NCBI GenBank assembly: GCA_041619515.1
Contig: JBFKDW010000001.1
Location: forward strand, 79,129-127,954
Direction: 5' to 3'
DNA from: Acidimicrobiia bacterium
GTDB lineage: Bacteria; Actinomycetota; Acidimicrobiia; Spongiisociales; SHLN01
DNA length: 48,826 nt
Positions 30,049-39,028 of this stretch are shown here, in pieces. Position 1 is the first letter of the stretch. Each line of letters opens with the position of its first letter. The notes below the pieces were generated by a model that was not told the origin of the DNA, searched no databases, and worked only from the letters and a program-made list of their open reading frames with translations. Position numbers and translations under genes: made by a program.

Positions 30049-30174
30049 CCCGTGTGCGAGTGGTCACGCTGCAGACGCGACCACTCTGTGCGTTAGCCCT
30101 GTGGGCGATACCTTACCGCGATTCTGGAGCCGCCGGGCGCGGTCCATACCGCCCCGGGGGGACGTCGGGGGGAG

Positions 30175-31434
30175 TCAGGGACCGAGCCGGTAGGAACTCA
30201 CGGCGGCGTCATCGACGAAGATCGTGTGGGTTTCCGGGGTTGTGTCATTGGCGTAGTTGTTGACCGTCCATTGCCGCTTGCGGGTGTTGTACGGAAGGTC
30301 GAACTCGGTGATGATGCCCGACACGTCCCACAGCAGCTCACCGTCCTGCCAGCAGCTGATCCGGCCATCAGGCTGTTGTGACCAGCGGTAGAAGCACTCC
30401 AGGTGAACCCATGTCCCCGTCGGGATGGCGGTGGAAGAGCTGGCCGGTGTGCTGCCCGGCTGAACGTATTCCCCGTTGGCACCGACCTTGCTCCGAAGCT
30501 TGAAATACATGGCGCCGTCGCTGCGCAGCTCGACGTTGACCGTGTACACCGGATGCCTGGTCTGGGAGCCGTCGCTGCGCACATAGGCCTGCTTCCATTG
30601 ATAGACGTTCCACCAGGTTGAATCCACCGCCTGGGGGAAGTAGTAGTACACGCTGTAGAACGCCTCGGGAGGGAGGTTGTTGGGGTCCGAATCAGGGAGC
30701 GGCTGCACCTTCTCGACGGCCATCCTGACCCCGGGGCTCGGCGAGCCACCGTCTGCGTTGCGGATGGTCAACGCGTTGGCGAACCGTCCCGAATGCGCCA
30801 CCTCCTCGGTCACCCGCGCCTCGGCATCTCCCGAAATGGAGACCCGCGCCCATTCCGACAGGTCACCAGACTCATGGCCTGCCACCCAGCGCGAGAAGTC
30901 GCCGGCGGCCTGGGTCGTCGACGTGGTCGTGGGAGCCGCCGTGGTGGTCGACGTCGCCGGTGGAACGGTCGTCGCAGTCGGCGGCGCAGGTGGAGCGGTC
31001 GTCGTGGTCGGCGGCGCAGGTGGAGCGGTCGTCGTGGTCGGCGGCGCAGGTGGAGCGGTCGTCGTGGTCGACGTCGCCGATGGCGGAGCCGCGAATGCGG
31101 CCGGTGGGGGCGGAGCGCCGGCTGCGGCCACCGACGTCGTGGGGGCGGGTGGCGGCACGGTGTTCGACACGGCACCGGCCTCGGGAGAGCTCAACGGGGC
31201 GGCGGCCGAACCCGACGCGGTAAATGCCTGCTCGAGGCCCGGAGACTCGGGTGGGTCGGCAAAGCGCTGAGCGGTCGCCGAGCCGTCGGCATGCGGAGTG
31301 GCGGCCCCGGTCTCGGTGACCAGGCCGGCCGGGGGTGGTGGAACGACTGCGGCCGCCGCCGCCAGCCCGGCCATGGTGATGGCAATGACCGACACGAAGA
31401 AGTACGGCCGGACCCTCGTTCGAGGCGTTCGCAT
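30175..31434 (-). CDS. secreted/anchored protein with Pro/Thr linker and polysaccharide-lyase-like beta-sandwich domain
   Basis: GAGGAGG RBS, N-terminal hydrophobic helix, PT-rich linker, then HESGDLSEW, AHSGRFA, YSVYYYFP, WWNVYQWK, GTWVHLE, GRISCWQDG, FVDD. Confidence 0.72.
   Translation of the reverse strand: MRTPRTRVRPYFFVSVIAITMAGLAAAAAVVPPPPAGLVTETGAATPHADGSATAQRFADPPESPGLEQAFTASGSAAAPLSSPEAGAVSNTVPPPAPTTSVAAAGAPPPPAAFAAPPSATSTTTTAPPAPPTTTTAPPAPPTTTTAPPAPPTATTVPPATSTTTAAPTTTSTTQAAGDFSRWVAGHESGDLSEWARVSISGDAEARVTEEVAHSGRFANALTIRNADGGSPSPGVRMAVEKVQPLPDSDPNNLPPEAFYSVYYYFPQAVDSTWWNVYQWKQAYVRSDGSQTRHPVYTVNVELRSDGAMYFKLRSKVGANGEYVQPGSTPASSSTAIPTGTWVHLECFYRWSQQPDGRISCWQDGELLWDVSGIITEFDLPYNTRKRQWTVNNYANDTTPETHTIFVDDAAVSSYRLGP
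30961..31070. repeat. 30-bp coding tandem repeat, about 3.7 copies (PPAPPTTTTA)
   Basis: Unit tggagcggtcgtcgtggtcggcggcgcagg at 30961 (variant), 30991, 31021 and 31051 (partial). Confidence 0.9.
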
Positions 31435-31723
31435 TGACGATCCTCCTCGGCATCGCGATCAACGCTTCTAGGAGATCGTCACGTGCCTATGATTTCTTGA
31501 TCGGGGCCGGGGAGTTCCGGGTGGCGGAGCCGGCTCGGAGGTGCGGCGGCAATCCTCACGCAGCGCGATGCAAGCGCCACCCAATGCAATTCGCGGCACC
31601 CACAATGCGAAGTGTAGGCCGGTACGCCCCCGTTCTGGTAACGTCCCGCTTCCGGGCAGGAAAAACACGTTGGGTGGTTGGTCGGCGGGCCGGCGTCCGA
31701 AACAGGCAAGGGGCTGCAGGGGA

Positions 31724-32419
31724 ATGACGACAATTGCGCTGATAGGGCCCGACGGAGCGGGCAAGACCTCGATCGCCCAGGCGCTGCTCTCCGCCTCCCC
31801 GCTGCCACTCACCTACCTCTACATGGGCACCAGCGTCGAATCAGCCAACATGTCACTGCCGACGTCTCGGCTGGCCCATCACCTGAAGGTGGCCGCCCAC
31901 AAGCGGTCGCTCAGGAAATCCGGACGGGTGATTCCGTCGCGAGTGTCACTGCACGGAGCCGAGCATCGCACAGACAGGCGCGGCAAGCTGGGCGGGCTCT
32001 TGCGGCTGCTCCGGCGCATCTCCGAGGAGTCGTATCGCCAGATCGTCTCCTGGAGGTACCAGCGGCGGGGTGGCATCGTGCTCTACGATCGGCACTTCTT
32101 GTTCGATGCACTGCCCCGTCCGTCCCAACGGGGCCGGGAACGCCGCCTCACCGACCGGATCCACGATTGGTTCCTGTACCGGCTCTACCCGCGGCCCGAT
32201 CTCGTGATCCTGCTCGACGCTCCGCCCGACGTGCTGTACGAGCGCAAGCAGGAGGTGCCGCTCGAGCTCTTGCGAGCCGAGCGGGCGGGGCTGGTAGAGA
32301 AGCTCGAGTACGCCGGGGCACGTGTCATCGTCGACGCCGCCCGGCCATTCGACGTCGTGCTTGCCGATGTCGGTGCGGCGATCGCTGATCATTGCCGGGT
32401 GGAGATGTCCCATGGATAG
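31724..32419 (+). CDS. thymidylate-kinase-like P-loop protein
   Basis: IALIGPDGAGKT, YLYMG, VLYDRH, PRPDLVILLDAPPDVLYERKQE. Confidence 0.82.
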   Translation: MTTIALIGPDGAGKTSIAQALLSASPLPLTYLYMGTSVESANMSLPTSRLAHHLKVAAHKRSLRKSGRVIPSRVSLHGAEHRTDRRGKLGGLLRLLRRISEESYRQIVSWRYQRRGGIVLYDRHFLFDALPRPSQRGRERRLTDRIHDWFLYRLYPRPDLVILLDAPPDVLYERKQEVPLELLRAERAGLVEKLEYAGARVIVDAARPFDVVLADVGAAIADHCRVEMSHG

Positions 32420-33131
32420 TCACCCGCGCGACGGCCTGCCGGCAACGGAGAGACCCACGACCACCGTTCGCAGGCAGCTCAGCGAGTTGCGGCCGCTCCT
32501 GCTGCTCCTATACGTGCCGACGCTGCTCGGCATCGGAGTGCTCGTCGTCGTAGACCTCGTCGCCGACATCCCGTTGCGGCTGTTCTTCATCGACCCGGTC
32601 GCGGAGTTCGCGGCTCCCATGTACGTCGGGCTGGTCTCCAACTTCGGAGTTGCGCTCTGGGTCTCCACCGCCTCGGTCTGCCTCTTCGGGGCCTGGCTGT
32701 TGCATCGTGACCTCCGCACCCTTCCCGAAGCCCAGTTCCTCCTTGGGGCCGGGCTCATCTCGGCGGTGCTGGGGTTCGACGACCTCTACCTGATGCATGA
32801 GGAGGTCCTCCCCGAGCGCCTGCACATACCCGAGCCGGTCGTGTTCGCGGCGTATGGAGCCCTGGTTCTCGGGTTCTTGTTTCGATTCCGCAAGCCGATC
32901 CTCCGGTCGGAGTTTGCCCTGCTGCTGCTTGCCTTCGGGTTCTTTGCGTTCTCGATCTTCGTCGACGTCGTGATCCCGGAAGAAGAGTTCGAGATCGTCG
33001 GCGACCTGGCCGGCCGCCATCTCATCGAAGACGGCTTCAAGCTGTTCGGAATCGTCTCGTGGACCGCCTATTTCTGGCGGGTGGCCGTGCGCATGGTTGG
33101 GGGCGCCCTCAGGCGCCCCCGGGAAGCGTGA
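32412..33131 (+). CDS. multi-pass membrane protein of unknown function
   Basis: About 7 hydrophobic segments; DPVA, YVGLVSNFG, FDDLYLMHE, IEDGFKLFG. Confidence 0.78.
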   Translation: MDSHPRDGLPATERPTTTVRRQLSELRPLLLLLYVPTLLGIGVLVVVDLVADIPLRLFFIDPVAEFAAPMYVGLVSNFGVALWVSTASVCLFGAWLLHRDLRTLPEAQFLLGAGLISAVLGFDDLYLMHEEVLPERLHIPEPVVFAAYGALVLGFLFRFRKPILRSEFALLLLAFGFFAFSIFVDVVIPEEEFEIVGDLAGRHLIEDGFKLFGIVSWTAYFWRVAVRMVGGALRRPREA

Positions 33132-33883
33132 TGCCAACCGTCTACACAATGGAACGCCACCACCAGCTCCTTCACCTGTGGCAGGCTCACTCCGCCACCG
33201 GTTTGCGGGTGGTGCATCTGGATTTCCACTGCGACATGCGTGGGATGCTGATAGATCGTCGCGTCGGCCTTGCCTACCGGATTCGCGATCAGTTCCCGGA
33301 CCTCGACCAGGGCAACTTCCTCGCCCACGCCGTCATGGAAGGCCGCATCGACCGGCTCCGGTGGGTGCACGACGATCCCGGGGGACGGCGCGACGATATC
33401 GGTACGGTCAAATTCGAGTCAGATCTCACTGCCCTGCCGCATCGGGCGGCATTGGCGGTGCGCAACGTGGCGGGGCAGCCCCTGCACTACGAGGTCGTTC
33501 CTGCCCGCCGATGGCAGGGTGTCGAGGAAGACGAGGTCCTCGACATCGACTGGGACTACTTCGCGTGCGTGGACTACCCGACAGATTCGATCCCCGGCCG
33601 TATCGCGTCGTTCTGGGAGACCGACTCTGGTGTCATCCCGGAAGAGACGTACGTCTGCTACTCCCCCGAGTACTCCCATCCCACCCGCCGGCTCTTCGAC
33701 CAGTTTGTCCGCGACCTCGCCGGCCGGTTTGCCGCAACCATCGTGGCGCTCGACCCGCCCGCCACAAACGCGCCGCCCAATCGGCGCATCATCAGCGGCT
33801 ATCTACCCGACCGGGTGTACCGCACGGCCCGATCCGCCTACCGGCGGACCGCTCTGGCCCTCAAGCACCGGGGGCTCTATTGA
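33131..33883 (+). CDS. UPF0489/arginase-deacetylase-fold putative metallohydrolase
   Basis: ERHH, VHLDFHCD, GNFL, LDIDWDYF, YSPEY motifs. Confidence 0.7.
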   Translation: MPTVYTMERHHQLLHLWQAHSATGLRVVHLDFHCDMRGMLIDRRVGLAYRIRDQFPDLDQGNFLAHAVMEGRIDRLRWVHDDPGGRRDDIGTVKFESDLTALPHRAALAVRNVAGQPLHYEVVPARRWQGVEEDEVLDIDWDYFACVDYPTDSIPGRIASFWETDSGVIPEETYVCYSPEYSHPTRRLFDQFVRDLAGRFAATIVALDPPATNAPPNRRIISGYLPDRVYRTARSAYRRTALALKHRGLY

Positions 33884-33899
33884 TGCCGGGACGGGTCTG

Positions 33900-35012
33900 G
33901 TGACCGCGGGCCGCTCGGTACGGGTGATCATCTCCGAGGCACGGTTCGATCCTGTCTGGGATGAGTTCGTCGCCTCAGTCCCCGGAGGAGACCATGTCCA
34001 GACCTCGGCCTGGGCCCGCACCAAAGCGACCCAGGGATATACGGCTACCCGGATCAAGCTCGAAGCGGACGGCCGGATCATCGCCGGAGCCCAGGTTCTC
34101 CGTCGGGGGCTGCCTGCAGTTGGGGCCTTCGGCTACGTCCCGCGCGGTCCGGTCGTTTTCCCCCTTCAACGTGAACCGGCCCGTCTGGTGATCGAGCAAC
34201 TGAAAGTGCTGGCCCGCCGCCGGCGCATACGCCACCTGGTCGTCCAACCGGGACGCCAGGGTGACTGGATCGCCGAGCTCCTCCCGGCGGCGGGCTTGGT
34301 TCCCAGCGCCATCGCCGTCGCGCCGACGGCAACCCTGCTGGTCGAACTGGAGGCCCCCACCGAAGAGCTCTTCGCCAACATCACCAAATCGGCCCGCAAG
34401 CATGTGCGGCGCGGTCTTCGCGAGGGCATTCACGTCCGTCAGGGAACCCGCCAGGATCTCGAGAGGTTCCATGAGCTGGTGGTGGCGACTGCCGATCGGC
34501 ACGGATTCACGCCCTACTCTCTCGACTACTTCACGGCAATGTGGGACGCGTTCGATCCGAGCGATCATCTTCGGCTGTTCATCGCCGAGTTCGACCGGGA
34601 GACGATATCGGCCCACCTGGTCGTGCCGTTCGGAGACGTCCTGTTGTCAAAGGTGGTCGCCTGGTCCGGGAAACATGCTCGGATCTACCCGAACGAGGTC
34701 CTCGAATGGCACGTCATCGAGTGGGCCAAGGCGCACGGATTCCGCGCCTACGACCTGGAGGGGATGGACCGCCACACTGCGGAACAGATGTTGGCGAGCC
34801 CCACGGCCGACGTCGGGCTGCGCAACACCGATACGTTCAAGCTCAAGTTCGGAGGCAGGCCTGTGCTGCTCCCGACCGCCTTCGACTACTTCCCGAGCGC
34901 CCTGCTGGCCGGAACGTACGGGCGGGGCTATCGAGTTGCGTTCTCCGGCGGGTGGCCGAAGACGTCTCTCGCCCGTCTGCGCACCCGCACCCGCAAGAAG
35001 AGCCCGGCGTGA
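33900..35012 (+). CDS. FemABX-family (tRNA-dependent) aminoacyltransferase-like protein
   Basis: WDEFV, HVQTSAWARTK, YVPRGP, ARKHVRR, LEWHVIEWAK..G...YDL.G, FKLKFGG. Start uncertain. Confidence 0.85.
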   Translation: MTAGRSVRVIISEARFDPVWDEFVASVPGGDHVQTSAWARTKATQGYTATRIKLEADGRIIAGAQVLRRGLPAVGAFGYVPRGPVVFPLQREPARLVIEQLKVLARRRRIRHLVVQPGRQGDWIAELLPAAGLVPSAIAVAPTATLLVELEAPTEELFANITKSARKHVRRGLREGIHVRQGTRQDLERFHELVVATADRHGFTPYSLDYFTAMWDAFDPSDHLRLFIAEFDRETISAHLVVPFGDVLLSKVVAWSGKHARIYPNEVLEWHVIEWAKAHGFRAYDLEGMDRHTAEQMLASPTADVGLRNTDTFKLKFGGRPVLLPTAFDYFPSALLAGTYGRGYRVAFSGGWPKTSLARLRTRTRKKSPA

Positions 35013-36205
35013 GCGGGTCAACGCCGGCGGTTGTTCTCGTCGGCCTCGACACGATGCAGGGTTTGCAGGCGGCCCGCATCCTGGCCGGGCACGAGATCCC
35101 GGTCGTCGCCATCGCATCCAGCCCGGCCCACTATGCGTGCCGCACCAACGTGTGCGAGCGGATCATCTTCGCCGACTGCCACAGCGAAGAGGTGATCGAG
35201 GTGCTCGAGCGGGAGGCGTCCAGCTTCGACGAGAAGCCCGTCATCATCCCCTGCGACGACGCCGAGGTGGGCGTGATCTCACGCAACCGGCTCAGGCTCG
35301 AGGATGGCTACCACGTCCCGCTGCCGGCTCCCGAGGTGATCGACCTCATGCTCGACAAGGTGGCCTTCTACTCCTACGCCCAGGACGCCGGGCTTCCGAT
35401 TCCCCGCACTGCTTTCCTTCGCTCCCGGGAGGATGCCGAACGCGCCGCCCGCGACCTTGCGTTCCCGGTGGCGGTCAAACCGCCGGGCAAGGCGGGCCAA
35501 TGGGCCCGGCACACGACGAGAAAAGCGTTCAAGCTCGGCAGCCCGAGCGAGCTGGTTGCCTTCTACGACGACCACCGGACATGGGCCGAGGTGCTGATAG
35601 CACAAGAGTGGGTGGAGGGGCCGGACTCGGAGTTGTACTCCTGCAATGCCTACTTCGACGCCACCGGCAATCCGCTCGTGACCTTCGTAGCCCGCAAGAT
35701 CAGACAATGGCCGCCCCGGGTCGGCGACAGTTCGCTCGGCGTCGAGTGCCGGAACGATCGGGTGGCAGACGTGGCAGTCAAGCTGTTCGGCGGCGTCGGC
35801 TACCACGGGCTCGCCTATCTGGAGATGAAGCGCGACGACCGCTCGGGCGAGTACCTCATCATGGAACCCAACGTCGGCCGGCCCACCGGCCGGTCGGCGA
35901 TAGCCGAAGCGGGTGGCGTCGAGCTCCTGTATACCCTCTACTGCGACACGGTCGGCCGGCCGCTTCCGCCCAGTCGCCACCAGGCGTTCACGGGTGTCAA
36001 GTGGATCAACCTCCGCAAAGATGCCCAGTCGGCATTGCACAGCTGGCGGCGCCGGGAGCTCACCATGCGGGAATGGCGGGAGTCCTGGCGCGGCCCGAAG
36101 GGATACGCCGTGTGGTCGAGGCAAGATCCCCGCCCGTTCTTCAGCGACCTGGCGACCTCGTTTCGCCGGCTCCTCACGCGGAGGCGGGACACCCGGGTTC
36201 GTTGA
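35009..36205 (+). CDS. ATP-grasp carboxylate--amine ligase (D-aspartate-ligase-like)
   Basis: PCDD, DKVAFY, FPVAVKP, IAQEWVEGPD, KIRQWP..G, YLEMKRD, IMEPNVGRP. GTGA-coupled. Confidence 0.87.
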   Translation: MSGSTPAVVLVGLDTMQGLQAARILAGHEIPVVAIASSPAHYACRTNVCERIIFADCHSEEVIEVLEREASSFDEKPVIIPCDDAEVGVISRNRLRLEDGYHVPLPAPEVIDLMLDKVAFYSYAQDAGLPIPRTAFLRSREDAERAARDLAFPVAVKPPGKAGQWARHTTRKAFKLGSPSELVAFYDDHRTWAEVLIAQEWVEGPDSELYSCNAYFDATGNPLVTFVARKIRQWPPRVGDSSLGVECRNDRVADVAVKLFGGVGYHGLAYLEMKRDDRSGEYLIMEPNVGRPTGRSAIAEAGGVELLYTLYCDTVGRPLPPSRHQAFTGVKWINLRKDAQSALHSWRRRELTMREWRESWRGPKGYAVWSRQDPRPFFSDLATSFRRLLTRRRDTRVR

Positions 36206-36976
36206 TCAATCGCTCCCCGGGCCGGGCTTCCGGCAGAACAACACGTTTTCGTCTGCGAGGAGGCCGTAGCGAGCTTTGAGGTCCTCGGACAGTTCGTCGG
36301 CCCGGTCGAGCGTAACCGTGAAGCCGCACGCTTCCAGCCGATCGATGACGTCCACACCGTAGAGCCGCAGATGGTCGGTCTCGCCGAATGCGCGCCGCCG
36401 CGCCTCGGGATCGGTGATGGCGCCGTCCTCGTAGGTGGGGTGGTCGAGACGCAGCGGCACCGAGACCAGGGCCCAGCCGCCCGGCCGCATGACCCTGTGC
36501 AACTCCTGCATCGCCGCCCGGTCGTCCTCCACGTGCTCGAGCACGTGGATGCAAATGACTGCGTCGAAGGTGGCGTCCCCGAACGGAAGACGCTCGGCGG
36601 TGAACCGGACTGATATGAACGGCCGGGCCTCGATGTCACCGGCCACGTAGTCGAGATTCGGAAGCCGCACGAGCCTCCTCGCCAGGCTGAATTTGGGTGA
36701 CACATGGAGCAGGCGGAGCCGGTCGACGAACAGGTTGGTGTTGGCTTGAAGGAACAGCCAGTCCCGCCGGTGGCGGGCTTTGGCGTTGCAGCGCGGGCAA
36801 TAGCCGTTGGCGCGGGCCCGCCATGATCCGTCCGCCTCGGTGAAGGTGCGTAGCCGCCAGCCACAGCAGGGACAGGTGAAGCGGCGTCCGGTGAACAGCA
36901 CCGCCCGCACAGCCAGCATCCGGTCGAAGGCCTTGCTCGTCGCAGCCGGGCGGGCGTAGCGAAAGAGGCTCGCCAT
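36206..36976 (-). CDS. class I SAM-dependent methyltransferase with N-terminal zinc ribbon
   Basis: CPCC...CPRC...RHR, LLHVSP, LPFGDATFD..IC.HVLEHVEDD..AMQELHRVMRPGG, FGETDHLRLYG. Start uncertain. Confidence 0.88.
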   Translation of the reverse strand: MASLFRYARPAATSKAFDRMLAVRAVLFTGRRFTCPCCGWRLRTFTEADGSWRARANGYCPRCNAKARHRRDWLFLQANTNLFVDRLRLLHVSPKFSLARRLVRLPNLDYVAGDIEARPFISVRFTAERLPFGDATFDAVICIHVLEHVEDDRAAMQELHRVMRPGGWALVSVPLRLDHPTYEDGAITDPEARRRAFGETDHLRLYGVDVIDRLEACGFTVTLDRADELSEDLKARYGLLADENVLFCRKPGPGSD

Positions 36977-36986
36977 GGGCAGCTGC

Positions 36987-37907
36987 CTAGCGGGCCGCCC
37001 CGGCCTCTCCGGGGGGGACGTAGGGGGCATCTTCGGCTTCAATGGCACCGCGGGTCCCGACGAGATCGAACACGTGCTCGATTCCGGCAATGTGGTCTTC
37101 CGCCGCCTCGAGGTTTCGAGCCCCGGCGAGTATCTCGAGCGTCTCCTCCATCGCCCGCACCGACGCCCGCATCAGCTGGTTGGCAAAGATGATGAGGTTG
37201 AACCCCTTGGCCCGCAGCTCCTCGGCGGTGAAGCTGGGGAACAGTGTCGGCACTGCGACCAGTGGTACCGAGCCGAGGCCCTTCCATGTCGCCAGGAAGC
37301 TTTCGATCTCACCGAGGGTCTTGTCCTTGGAGTGCATCAGGATGGCGTCGGCTCCCGCCTCGACGTAGGCGTCGGCCCGGGCGCAGGCGTCGTCGAGGCC
37401 GTGGCCGGCGATGAACGACTCGATCCGGGCGATGAGGGCGAACTCGTCTGTTTCCTGAGCCGCTTTTGCCGCCGCAATGCGACGCGCCTGCTCGGTGGCC
37501 GGAAGCAACTCACGCTTGACGGTGCCGGCCAGGAGGCTGTTTCGTTTTGGGAACAGATTGTCCTCGATGGAGATGGCGGCGATTCCGGCTCGTTCGTACT
37601 CGCGGACGGTGCGCACGACGTTGTTGAGACCGCCGAAGCCGTTGTCGCAGTCGGCGATCACCGGCAGGTTGGTCGCGGTGTCGATCCGGACGGCAGCTGC
37701 CAGGGCTTCGGTCATCGTCACCAGATTGAGATCCGGGAGCGCGTGGGTCATGGTCGAGACGCCGAAGCCCGAGACCCACACGGCATCGAAGCCGAACGAG
37801 TCCACGAGCTGAGCGCTCATCGCATCATGGGCGCCGACCGCCACCACCGGGTCCGCGCCCTGCCAGCCTTGGCGCAGACGCAGCCGTTTGTCCCTGGCCA
37901 GGTTCAT
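36987..37907 (-). CDS. pepM: PEP mutase-like enzyme (ICL/PEPM superfamily), variant motif EDNLFPKRNS
   Basis: GAHDAMSA, AVWVSGF, LPD, ADCDNGFG, IEDNLFPKRNSLL, IARIES, ILMHSK, PLVAVPT, IFANQLMRA. GGAG RBS before ATG 37907. Confidence 0.8.
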   Translation of the reverse strand: MNLARDKRLRLRQGWQGADPVVAVGAHDAMSAQLVDSFGFDAVWVSGFGVSTMTHALPDLNLVTMTEALAAAVRIDTATNLPVIADCDNGFGGLNNVVRTVREYERAGIAAISIEDNLFPKRNSLLAGTVKRELLPATEQARRIAAAKAAQETDEFALIARIESFIAGHGLDDACARADAYVEAGADAILMHSKDKTLGEIESFLATWKGLGSVPLVAVPTLFPSFTAEELRAKGFNLIIFANQLMRASVRAMEETLEILAGARNLEAAEDHIAGIEHVFDLVGTRGAIEAEDAPYVPPGEAGAAR

Positions 37908-37954
37908 TGTGTCTTCTCCCATCTTGTTCTTCGGGTTGCTGAGCGGTGTGCCGG

Positions 37955-38932
37955 CTAGGCCAGCAGCTCTGTTGCGCGGGCCTCGGTGTCGAGGTCCCCG
38001 GCCACAAAGGCGGCAACCAGGTCGACCAGGCGTTTGCCGATCTCCTTCTGAGATTCCAGCGCCATGCCTCCAATATGGGGTGTCAGCACCACATTCGACA
38101 GGTCGGCCAGCCTCGGGATCACCCCGGTGCCCTCGTATTCGTGAACGTCGAGCGCCGCACCGGCGAGTCGACCCGATGCCAGGGCGTCGTATAGGGCCTC
38201 CTCGTCGACGACGCCTCCCCGCGACGTGTTGATCAGGTAGGCGCCGGAGGCCATGACCGCAAGCTGTGACGCCCCGATCAGCTTGAGGGTTGCGTCGGTG
38301 AGCGGAGTGTGGATGGTGACGATATCCGAGCCGCGTAGCACCTCGTCGAGAGTGCCGGCGCGCACATGCGGCGGGGGCTCCCATGCCAGCCCGGGCTCGA
38401 CACAGCCGATCACGTTCATTCCGAGCGCCACGGCCAGCTCGGCAACTCGCGTCCCGATGTTACCGACGCCAACCACCCCGAGGACTTTGCCGGCCAGCAG
38501 CGGGCCGCCCAGGGAGGGCTTGGGCCAGCGGCCCTGGCGCACGAGGCCGTCGGCCAAAACGATGCGGCGCGACGTGGCGAGGATCAGTCCGAGGGTGAAC
38601 TCGGCCACGGCCTCGGCGGCCGGACCCGGAATCCGAACCACCCGAATCCCTCGCCGCTGTGCGTGGTCGAGATCGATGTTGTCGAACCCGGAACCGGCCC
38701 GGACGATGAGGGCCAGCTTGGGTGCGAGATCCATCAGCTGAGCGTCGATCTCGACTCCGCTTCGGACCACGAGAACTTCGCGATCCTCCAGCAGGTCCGG
38801 AAGATGGCCACCGAAGTCGTCGAAGGCGCTCACGACGTCATGCAGGTCCGCCAGCCTGGCGACGGCATCGCCATCAACCGGGCTGGCGAGGATGACGTTG
38901 AGGCGCCCCTTACTCTCCGTGTTCACCCCCAT
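37955..38932 (-). CDS. D-isomer-specific 2-hydroxyacid dehydrogenase (SerA-like, no ACT domain); candidate phosphonopyruvate reductase
   Basis: VVRS, RAGSGFDNID, AVAEF, GVGNIG, HTPLT, INTSRGGVVDE, DV..E, TPHIGG. TAAGGT lies 6 nt before GTG 38926, suggesting an alternative leaderless start. Confidence 0.88.
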   Translation of the reverse strand: MGVNTESKGRLNVILASPVDGDAVARLADLHDVVSAFDDFGGHLPDLLEDREVLVVRSGVEIDAQLMDLAPKLALIVRAGSGFDNIDLDHAQRRGIRVVRIPGPAAEAVAEFTLGLILATSRRIVLADGLVRQGRWPKPSLGGPLLAGKVLGVVGVGNIGTRVAELAVALGMNVIGCVEPGLAWEPPPHVRAGTLDEVLRGSDIVTIHTPLTDATLKLIGASQLAVMASGAYLINTSRGGVVDEEALYDALASGRLAGAALDVHEYEGTGVIPRLADLSNVVLTPHIGGMALESQKEIGKRLVDLVAAFVAGDLDTEARATELLA

Positions 38933-39028
38933 ACCTTAGGGCTCAATCCGGACGGTGCGGACACGGCTCGCACCTGGCGGGGCCGTGCCGAACTCGGTAG
39001 GTTGAGGAGACCGGTTGAGGGGATCGGA

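Noticed and set aside
30058..30086. 8-bp inverted repeat gagtggtc/gaccactc upstream of the wzc-like start
   Set aside because: Single short instance with no second copy noticed; function unsupported.
31576..31611. Imperfect direct repeat cacc(ca)caatgc in the divergent promoter region
   Set aside because: Two imperfect copies only; insufficient to call an operator.
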